64,000 bases of DNA from contig OZ253462.1 in NCBI GenBank assembly GCA_965261395.1, positions 4,608,001 through 4,672,000 on the forward strand, written 5' to 3'. This DNA is from Candidatus Latescibacterota bacterium (GTDB taxonomy: Bacteria > Latescibacterota > UBA2968 > UBA8231). The translations under genes and the position numbers were made by a program. Of this stretch, positions 19,085-26,428 are shown piece by piece. Each line of letters begins with the position of its first letter. Positions within the stretch are counted from its first letter, which is position 1. The notes beneath the pieces are model-generated. The model was not told the DNA's origin, did not search any database, and saw only the letters and a list, made by a program, of their open reading frames with translations.

Positions 19085-20242
19085 CTAAAACGCATCGAAC
19101 AACGGCTGAATCCACCTATTGGCTGGCCGGACGATACTGCCTGCCCATATCAGAGTTAGGCTGACGCCAACCATCAAGGCCGGCGCAAAGGGGAGCGATA
19201 GTTCAATCTCTAACTGATCGTCCCATTCACGGAATAATCCCTTTTTTTCTAAGTCTTTTAATCGGCGCACTTTCCCGATGGTCAACGGCTTGCCCGTTCG
19301 GCCTATTAGCTCCCCCGCATCTCTACCCTGCCCGCCGAACGGAACTACTTCGACTCGGCCTTCCTCGGAGGCTTCATAAATCGACTGGTGTAGCACCATG
19401 CCCGGCTGTAAGGCATCGATAGAGACCGGCTGCACAAACTTCTGGTATTCGAGAGAATGGATATACACATAGACGTTCCGTATGCCCCACAGCACGGCCC
19501 AAAGCACTAGATAGATCAGGTAATCCCCGGTGCTGATGGCACTGAAGACACCTATTACAAGCCCGGGAACGACCAAGATGATTCTATTGGGTGCCTTGGT
19601 CAGATCTTCATGGATCAAATAGAGCACAGCCCCCACCACGATAGCCTCAGCAAGGGTCAACGTCCCGCCGACCAGCGTCGTCCCACCTAACACCAGCCCG
19701 CTCAGTCCTGCTGCCTCAACCCCAGAGCGCAACCATCCCCAACTCATGCCCTTTCTATGCTCACTTGCAGAGGTCTCGATGGGTTTTGCGGGTTTATGAA
19801 TGACCATAAGGACTATAAGAAAAACGGTATTGGTCAAAATGGTGTTGACCAACAAGGCCCAAAGAGGAGTATCCAGCGCAAAGAAGGCTAAGGAGAACGT
19901 CGGCCACTTCGGACCAAACAACGTACTCGGTATAGCCGCGACCATGGCCCAATACAGCTTAGCATCCCCCGCCCCCCAAAAGCCATACATAAACAACAGG
20001 TAGCCTACGGCAAAGCCCAGCAGAAAGGATAGGCCGATCTGTACGAGTGTAACCTCGCCCAATACCCACAACCCAATCTGCCCTATCAGCCCAAGACCGA
20101 GCAAAATCCAAGTAGCCGAGTTGGGAATCTCTCTATGGCTGAGGTCCGTATAGGTGGTGTAGGAGGCAACAACCATGATCGAGCACAACAGACCCCATTC
20201 TAACAAGAAGACGGGATCCATCTCATTCAGCAACATATCCAT
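19085..20242 (-). CDS. A24 family prepilin/preflagellin-type aspartic peptidase
   Basis: Polytopic membrane protein; YTDLSHREIPN and GAGDAKL catalytic Asp motifs; C-terminal LPFAPAL. Confidence 0.85.
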   Translation of the reverse strand: MDMLLNEMDPVFLLEWGLLCSIMVVASYTTYTDLSHREIPNSATWILLGLGLIGQIGLWVLGEVTLVQIGLSFLLGFAVGYLLFMYGFWGAGDAKLYWAMVAAIPSTLFGPKWPTFSLAFFALDTPLWALLVNTILTNTVFLIVLMVIHKPAKPIETSASEHRKGMSWGWLRSGVEAAGLSGLVLGGTTLVGGTLTLAEAIVVGAVLYLIHEDLTKAPNRIILVVPGLVIGVFSAISTGDYLIYLVLWAVLWGIRNVYVYIHSLEYQKFVQPVSIDALQPGMVLHQSIYEASEEGRVEVVPFGGQGRDAGELIGRTGKPLTIGKVRRLKDLEKKGLFREWDDQLEIELSLPFAPALMVGVSLTLIWAGSIVRPANRWIQPLFDAF

Positions 20243-20255
20243 AGCCCAATACTCC

Positions 20256-20846
20256 TCAAAAAGCGGTTCCCTTGGACTCCGCTAGCCAACTTCCCGCTTG
20301 GCTCCATTGAGTCACTAAGGCATTCACGGACAGGGTTGCCCCTGTTATTCCATCGATATCCCGGCCTACAACTAAAGGCTCAGAGAGTGCTCGCCCGATC
20401 AGTTGGGCAAAGAAGGCGGTCGGATCGAAGCGGCCGTCGGCAAGCTCCCAAGATGCCAAGGGCAAAACGCCCGCAACGCGGTCTTCTCCTGGTGCTAAGA
20501 GTATCCCGACCAGTAAATCGCGACAGGTAGGACAGGCAATATCGTGGCGGACGACGACTAGCTTGTAGGCCAACGCTTCGTCCTCCGTAACAACGCGATA
20601 GGCTGATAACACACCAGAACGCGGCGCAGGCACGGCCTGATACACTTCTTTTAGGTGGAGAGAACTCGCTGTGGAATCAAACGCGGCGAGACCGCGCAGC
20701 ACAACTTCTTTAGGCGGAATGGACGGCAGGGGCGATTCGGGGCTGAGGCCCTTTTCATACAGGCCAATAAGCATAATGATCGCAGGTATTAGTAGCAGGA
20801 TTAAACCAGAGTAAATCCAGTATAATGGATGCTTAGGCTGTCCCAT
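20256..20846 (-). CDS. Membrane-anchored FMN-binding (flavinylation motif) protein with CxxC
   Basis: N-terminal TM, IACPTC, DGITGATLS. Confidence 0.75.
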   Translation of the reverse strand: MGQPKHPLYWIYSGLILLLIPAIIMLIGLYEKGLSPESPLPSIPPKEVVLRGLAAFDSTASSLHLKEVYQAVPAPRSGVLSAYRVVTEDEALAYKLVVVRHDIACPTCRDLLVGILLAPGEDRVAGVLPLASWELADGRFDPTAFFAQLIGRALSEPLVVGRDIDGITGATLSVNALVTQWSQAGSWLAESKGTAF

Positions 20847-20892
20847 GCCGTCTTATCCTCGTTCGAGTCAAATAGCTCAAAAGAATGTCCTC

Positions 20893-21744
20893 TTAGGGCA
20901 ACTTCGTCGTCTTCTTGGCTTCTATTTGTCCGTCCACCTCAACCTTATAGATATACACCCCGGCGGCCACCGCCTTGCCCGCCTCGTCGCGGCCATTCCA
21001 CACAAACCGATGACGGCCCGCCCCCAGCGGCCCGTCCCACAACTGCCGCACCCGATGCCCCAACACGTCGTAGAGCGCCAAGTGAACCCGCTCCTCGTCG
21101 GTCGCCAAGTCGAGGGGAATGATCATCTGGGGATTAAACGGATTGGGATAGCTTGCGCCCAGCCGATGCTGTGCCGGTCGGCCCGCGATCTCTGAGGTCA
21201 GCACCGCGGTCATCTGATCCTGCTCGGACTCCGAACAAGGAGTGGAGGAGCACTTACAAGATCCTTGCCAATAAATGTCGCCGTCCGCGCCATAGTAAGT
21301 GGTGCAGTACCGGTATGGCTCGGTTGAGTTAAACTCCGCGCAATCGTCGAAGTAGCTGCACTCAATCTTCGTATTGATCCGCTCGAGGCACATATCGGCA
21401 TCCGACACGGTGGGCGCGACCTCCTGCTCGGACTCCGAACAAGGGGTAGAGGCGTACCAGCAATTTGCTATGTAGAGGTTGCAGTACGCGTCCAAGCCAT
21501 AGGCGCAGTAGAGGTATTTATCTTGCGGATCCGCCTGCTGTGCGCCACAATCGAAACTGGGGTTGGAGCTACAGCCGATCCAAGTGGACCCGGTCCCACA
21601 CGACACCCTATCGTCTTCGGCGGCAACTTCTCTCGCGCCGAGCAGGACCACAAGCCCCGCAAGGGCACTTACGACCCACCCCAGCCTCTGCCGCATCGGG
21701 GCCAAGTCACTGGACGAGCCAGTGCATTCACGCAACCTGTTCAT
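20893..21744 (-). CDS. Cys-rich repeat protein with conserved leader and C-terminal FlgD-Ig/T9SS-like domain
   Basis: RBS AAGGAGG before ATG 21744; leader MNRLRECTGSSSDLAPMRQRLGW...AREVAA; 14 Cys after leader; SYPNPFNP...AGVYIY tail. Confidence 0.8.
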   Translation of the reverse strand: MNRLRECTGSSSDLAPMRQRLGWVVSALAGLVVLLGAREVAAEDDRVSCGTGSTWIGCSSNPSFDCGAQQADPQDKYLYCAYGLDAYCNLYIANCWYASTPCSESEQEVAPTVSDADMCLERINTKIECSYFDDCAEFNSTEPYRYCTTYYGADGDIYWQGSCKCSSTPCSESEQDQMTAVLTSEIAGRPAQHRLGASYPNPFNPQMIIPLDLATDEERVHLALYDVLGHRVRQLWDGPLGAGRHRFVWNGRDEAGKAVAAGVYIYKVEVDGQIEAKKTTKLP

Positions 21745-21805
21745 CTCTTTGCCTCCTTCGTGGCAGTACGCCCGCGGCTTGGTGCCGCTACGGTCCTGGA
21801 AGACC

Positions 21806-22798
21806 TCAAGGCAGCTTCGTCGTCTTTTTCGCTTCCACCTGCCCGTCAATTTCGACCTTATAGATATACACCCCGGCGGCCACGTCTTTGCCTACCTCGT
21901 CGCGGCCATCCCAAGTAAAACGATGACTGCCCGCCTGAAGCGGCCCGTCCCACAACTGCCGCACCCGATGACCCAACACGTCGTATACGGCCAACGACAC
22001 CCCCGCTGCGTCCTTGGCCAAATCAAGAGGGAGCACGACCGCCGGATTGAACGGATTGGGGTAGCTGTCGCCGAGCCCATGCTGCGCCAGTCGGCCTACC
22101 GCCGCTGGCGTCAGCACCGCGGTCATCTGCGCCGACTCGGCCTCCGAACAGGGGGTGGAGGAGCAGTCGCAATTTCTCAAATAAATGTCGCCGCGCGCGT
22201 CATAGTACGTGGTGCAGTGCCGATACGGCTCGGTCGAGTTAAACTCCGCGCAATCGTCGAAGTAGCTGCACTCTGTTTCTTGGTTGAAGCAACCATCGGT
22301 CGGCCCGGCGATCTCGGTCAGCTGCTCTACCTCCGAACAGGGCGTGGAGGAGCACTCACAAAATTCTCGAAAATAAATGTCGCCGCGGGCGTCATAATAC
22401 GTGGTGCAGTGCCGATACGGCTCGGTCGAGTTAGACTCCGCGCACCCGCTGTGGTGGCTGCACTCAATTTTTCGGGTCAGCACGATGGGCGCGGTCGGCT
22501 GCTCGGACTCCAAACAAGGCGTGGAGGAGTACCAGCAATCTACTATGTAGAAGGTGCAGTCCGCGTCCAAACCATAGGTGCAGTAGCGATATACCCCCTT
22601 CGGCTCCGCCAGCGCACAATCCGCGCTAGGGCTGCACGCGGTCCAAGTGTACGGGCACTTAGTGTCGGCTTCGGCTTCCGCGGTCCCGAGCAGAACCACA
22701 AGCCCGGCAAGGGCACGGACGATCCACCCGAGTCCCAGCCCCTGCCGCATCGGAGCCAAGCCACTGGACGAGCCGATAAATTCACACAATCTGTTCAT
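21806..22798 (-). CDS. Cys-rich repeat protein with conserved leader and C-terminal FlgD-Ig/T9SS-like domain
   Basis: Leader MNRLCEFIGSSSGLAPMRQGLGLGW...AEAEA; 20 Cys after leader in three units ending SSTPC; YPNPFNP tail. Confidence 0.85.
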   Translation of the reverse strand: MNRLCEFIGSSSGLAPMRQGLGLGWIVRALAGLVVLLGTAEAEADTKCPYTWTACSPSADCALAEPKGVYRYCTYGLDADCTFYIVDCWYSSTPCLESEQPTAPIVLTRKIECSHHSGCAESNSTEPYRHCTTYYDARGDIYFREFCECSSTPCSEVEQLTEIAGPTDGCFNQETECSYFDDCAEFNSTEPYRHCTTYYDARGDIYLRNCDCSSTPCSEAESAQMTAVLTPAAVGRLAQHGLGDSYPNPFNPAVVLPLDLAKDAAGVSLAVYDVLGHRVRQLWDGPLQAGSHRFTWDGRDEVGKDVAAGVYIYKVEIDGQVEAKKTTKLP

Positions 22799-22899
22799 CT
22801 CTTGCCTCCTTCGTTGCCCAGTATTCCTGCGGCCCGGTGGCTATGGTACTGAGCAAGGGCCGGTACGAGTGCGTAAGGCCGCATAGACTCATCCTCCCC

Positions 22900-25083
22900 T
22901 CAAGGCAGCTTCGTCGTCTTCTTGGCTTCTATTTGTCCGTCCACCTCAACCTGATAGATATACACCCCAGCGGCCACCGCCTTACCCGCCTCGTCACGGC
23001 CATCCCACACAAACCGATGGCTCCCCGCCCCCAGCGGCCCCTGCCACACCTGCCGCACCCGACGCCCTAACACATCGTACACCGTCAGCGACACTCCCGC
23101 CGCGTCCGTCGCCAGATCAAGAGGGATCACCACAGCCGGATTGAACGGATTGGGGTAGCTATCGCCGAGCCGATGCTGCACCGGCCGCGCTACCACTGGC
23201 GTCATCACGGCGGTCGGCTGCTCGCCCAGAGAGCTCTTGAGCACATGTACGCCGCCCAATATCGGATCTAACACCACCAAGTCGACATCGCCGTCGCCAT
23301 CCATATCCCCAGACAGCACGTATCGCCCACTGCCCTCCAGCCGATGCCGCTCCCCTTCTTGAGTCGGGTTGACACGCCCGCCCCATTCGACAAACACCCC
23401 AAAACCCGAAGCGCGATCCCCACCTATAAACACCCAGTCGTCCACCCCATCGGCATTCAGGTCGCGCACCAATACCGGCGAGCGCCGCAACAGCCGATCA
23501 TCATACAGCACCTCGGCTTCTATGCGGTCCCCGGCTCCCTTGCTCTGCAAGACGATCCCCTTGCTCCCTTCGATCAGATCGAATGTGAACTCGGTGAGGA
23601 AATCCACCTGCCCATCGCCATCAAAATCGCCCACCCCTAACGGATCCATCCATTCATCGAATTCAAATACCTCGCCGATCTGAAGCTCCTCGCCCAAGGC
23701 CCCCACAATCCACCTGTTCTCCCGCCCAGCGAGCGATGTCCAGAACACGTCTAGGGTCCCATCGCTGGTAAAGTCGCCGATCTGAACGGGCGAATAGTTT
23801 TTGGAAGCCGCCACCTCTTCGGAGGTCCACACGCCCTGTTCGACCTCCCACACCGCTAACGTGCTTGAAAACTCCGCCGTACCCGCGATCACTTCCTCTG
23901 AAGAGCCTTCAACCGTAGTCCCCTTTACAAATAATTCGACCCGGCCGTCGCCATCCCAATCTACTACACTATGGATCTGTCTATCGACCTGCACGAGCAC
24001 CTCGATTTGGAGTTCCGGCCCGATAGACCAAACTTCTGTCTTGGGCTCACGGTTGCTTCTTGATATCGCGATTTCGTTTTTACCATCGCCCGTCAAATCA
24101 GCACCAAGCGCCTTTAAGACAACCACTGAGGAGACGGTTATCCCTCCAGTTATACTACCCTCCCCTGTGGCCGCTACTGCTACTTCCTCTATAACAGGCC
24201 CACGTTCCAAGGCACCTCGCCCGTCATTGAGGGCCATCAGCCAGCCCGCTTTAGACTCATCCCCTCCCGGCGATAGTGTTTTCGTTTGCGTTTCCCAGAG
24301 GCCGAACAGGTCTAAGTCGCCATCGCCATCCAAGTCCGTCAACACACCGCCCCCCCTCTCCCCTAGATACCCTCCTCCATACCCTCCATGAAGTGCTTCC
24401 CCTACGCCCAGCGCAATCGGATAGAAAACCGGCGGCGCAAAAAGGCCGGCCCCAGCAAAGCCAAAGTAGTACTCTACGGACGGCGGCGGCAGTTCCCCCT
24501 CTATCAACTCTTCCACGCCGGTCAACTCGATCAAGTCGATCTCAAACGCCTCAACCCCCTCGGTAGCCGAATCAGAATCCAGTATAAAACTTAGCTGAAT
24601 ATTTTTTAACAGGCCCTCCCATCCGTCTTGATCCGCCAGCGAGAACACCACTTCCTGCCACTCGGTGGTATAGACTATTTGTTGTACGAGGTCATCTTCA
24701 AGTTTTTCATAACTAAAAAAATCAAAACCTGAAGAGCTTTCCCACTCTATCCAAAAAGTACCTTCCGTAGGGCGGTCATGGATGGTGCGGAACCGGACGC
24801 GGACTTGGTCGAACAAGCCCGAATCGTACCCGATGGTCGAAGAAATCACTTCGACACCCGGGCTGGAGGCGTACAAACTATTGGTGACGGCGGGATCAAC
24901 CCTGATCCGCCACACACCGTCTTCGACCATCGATGGAAACTGGTGGAATTCACGCGCCCCCCCCCATGTAAGCGCTTCTTTGGCGGTCCACCCTTGCGTC
25001 GTCCCATCGTCAAAATCCCACTTGATCGCCTCGGCGAGACTACTCCACAGCACAATCCATATGACAATGGCGAATTTCAGCAT
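22900..25083 (-). CDS. Secreted FG-GAP repeat protein with C-terminal FlgD-Ig domain
   Basis: Signal peptide; DLDGDGDLD, DFDGDGQVD, DMDGDGDVDL repeats; YPNPFNP tail. Confidence 0.85.
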   Translation of the reverse strand: MLKFAIVIWIVLWSSLAEAIKWDFDDGTTQGWTAKEALTWGGAREFHQFPSMVEDGVWRIRVDPAVTNSLYASSPGVEVISSTIGYDSGLFDQVRVRFRTIHDRPTEGTFWIEWESSSGFDFFSYEKLEDDLVQQIVYTTEWQEVVFSLADQDGWEGLLKNIQLSFILDSDSATEGVEAFEIDLIELTGVEELIEGELPPPSVEYYFGFAGAGLFAPPVFYPIALGVGEALHGGYGGGYLGERGGGVLTDLDGDGDLDLFGLWETQTKTLSPGGDESKAGWLMALNDGRGALERGPVIEEVAVAATGEGSITGGITVSSVVVLKALGADLTGDGKNEIAISRSNREPKTEVWSIGPELQIEVLVQVDRQIHSVVDWDGDGRVELFVKGTTVEGSSEEVIAGTAEFSSTLAVWEVEQGVWTSEEVAASKNYSPVQIGDFTSDGTLDVFWTSLAGRENRWIVGALGEELQIGEVFEFDEWMDPLGVGDFDGDGQVDFLTEFTFDLIEGSKGIVLQSKGAGDRIEAEVLYDDRLLRRSPVLVRDLNADGVDDWVFIGGDRASGFGVFVEWGGRVNPTQEGERHRLEGSGRYVLSGDMDGDGDVDLVVLDPILGGVHVLKSSLGEQPTAVMTPVVARPVQHRLGDSYPNPFNPAVVIPLDLATDAAGVSLTVYDVLGRRVRQVWQGPLGAGSHRFVWDGRDEAGKAVAAGVYIYQVEVDGQIEAKKTTKLP

Positions 25084-25195
25084 GATATCACAGAATCCTT
25101 TCCAACAGGTAAAACTCTGACAGACAGCGTACTATCCGTTAAAAAAAGAAAAGGGGGATGTGAAAGCTGCTTGGCGATTCTTGGGAGACCCGACG

Positions 25196-25348
25196 GGGGT
25201 TTTAAAACCAATACGGTTTAGTTAAGCACTATGTAAACGATGAAACGGGTGCCAAATAGATCGGCATTACACGAGTTATCCATCAGAATCTAGTGCTGCT
25301 ATCCGTGGCTATCAGCCGCTAACTAAACCGTATTAATTTTAAGACAGC
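25196..25348. mobile_element. Putative MITE / IS remnant
   Basis: Perfect 15-bp inverted repeat AATACGGTTTAGTTA (25210-25224 / 25320-25334), extending imperfectly to ~30 bp; no ORF inside. Confidence 0.5.
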
Positions 25349-25351
25349 CTC

Positions 25352-25633
25352 TTAGCAAGCGCAGCAGTACCAAGCAGAGCACTGGATAGAACAATTCGAA
25401 TCCAGCCGACAGTCCCTACACTTGCACTTCTGTCCCCCGCCCGTGGCCTCGTCGCAACCTGAGCTAGACACCGGACCCTCTCTCCATGAGGTATCGTCGC
25501 AGGCAGCAGCTTCTCGCGCCCCGAGCAGGACGGCGACCCCCGTGAGGGCACTGATGACCCAACCCAACCCCAACCCCTGCCGAGCCGGAGCCAAACCGCT
25601 CGAGGACGTGAAAAATTCCCGAATATTGTCCAT
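25352..25633 (-). CDS. Cys-rich precursor-like peptide B (10 Cys in core)
   Basis: RBS AAGGAG; 44-aa conserved leader then CDDTSWREG...WYCCAC; paralog of 25779..26060. Confidence 0.85.
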   Translation of the reverse strand: MDNIREFFTSSSGLAPARQGLGLGWVISALTGVAVLLGAREAAACDDTSWREGPVSSSGCDEATGGGQKCKCRDCRLDSNCSIQCSAWYCCAC

Positions 25634-25680
25634 CTTATTTTACTCCTTTATTCTTTGCCGACTATCCGTGAAGTAAGAAG

Positions 25681-25721
25681 GGAAAAGGGGGCCGGCTTAA
25701 TCGCTACGATTAAACCGGCCC
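25681..25721 (-). terminator. Rho-independent terminator-like hairpin between the two peptide genes
   Basis: Minus RNA GGGCCGGUUUAAUCG-UAG-CGAUUAAGCCGGCCC then CCUUUU; fully paired (one G-U) on this strand. Confidence 0.65.
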
Positions 25722-25778
25722 TTTACACCTTAGCAAGAGAAACGGCTCTACAGCAGCTAAGGTTGTCTCAGACATTCT

Positions 25779-26060
25779 TCAAACGCAGCAGTAGTTCCCT
25801 CCACACCTTGTCACGCAGTTCGAGTCCAGCCAACAGTCCTGACACATCTTCGGCAATCTCCCGTTCGTAGCCTCGTCGCAACCTGCGTTGTACCCCTTAT
25901 CCCTTGTCCAGCGTCTTTCGTCGCAATCGGCAGCAGCTTCTCGCGCCCCGAGCAGGATCGCGACCCCCGCGAGAGCACTGATGACCCACCCGAGCCCCAA
26001 CCCCTGCCGAGCCGGAGCCAAACCGCTCGACGAGCCGATAAATTCCCGTAACATAGTCAT
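25779..26060 (-). CDS. Cys-rich precursor-like peptide A (8 Cys in core)
   Basis: RBS GAGGGG; leader MTMLREFIGSSSGLAPARQGLGLGW...AREAAA then DCDERRW...NYCCV. Confidence 0.85.
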   Translation of the reverse strand: MTMLREFIGSSSGLAPARQGLGLGWVISALAGVAILLGAREAAADCDERRWTRDKGYNAGCDEATNGRLPKMCQDCWLDSNCVTRCGGNYCCV

Positions 26061-26198
26061 GATTCATCCCCTCTTAGTAGCCCAGTACGCTCGCAACACG
26101 TTGTTGCTTTGGTACTGGAGTGAGTGTTGAGCAACGACCGATACGACTTCGTATCACCTCCTTTCTTCTGCATCGGCCTCGCCTTCAACGAGGATATA

Positions 26199-26214
26199 TG
26201 CAAGTTTCTTGCCA
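26199..26214 (-). promoter_or_regulatory. sigma54 -24/-12 promoter
   Basis: TGGCAAGAAACTTGCA vs consensus TGGCACGNNNNTTGCW, exact spacing, between a sigma54 activator and peptide A. Confidence 0.85.
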
Positions 26215-26335
26215 AAGATCAGGACCTATACAAAAAATCCTTTAGGATGAACCTAAAGGATTGAAAAACATGATACTTAAAATTATGGGACGGGTCTTTC
26301 TATGACACGCGGCCTCGCCATCGGCGCAAGGCTTT

Positions 26336-26393
26336 CCACGATTTTTCCGTGGATTTACACGGCTTTTTCGTGGATTTACACGACTTTCGTTGG
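26336..26393. promoter_or_regulatory. Putative upstream activator sequences (three phased palindromes)
   Basis: CACG-N7-CGTG at 26337 and 26358, degenerate third at 26379; 21-bp period. Confidence 0.65.
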
Positions 26394-26428
26394 CCGTTGG
26401 TCGCCTGTATAAGCGCTTGCGTCCTGCG

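Noticed and set aside
21200-22500. Diversity-generating retroelement TR/VR pair
   Set aside because: Repeats are in-frame protein domains; no reverse transcriptase; differences are not adenine-specific
25239-25254. Second sigma54 promoter (TGGCAC on minus strand)
   Set aside because: The -12 element reads TCAT instead of TTGC
25500-26060. Tat signal in the conserved leader
   Set aside because: It reads ARQGLG rather than SRRxFLK; none of the four copies has twin Arg
26336-26393. Mini CRISPR array
   Set aside because: 21-bp tandem units without spacers; no cas genes; better explained as activator sites
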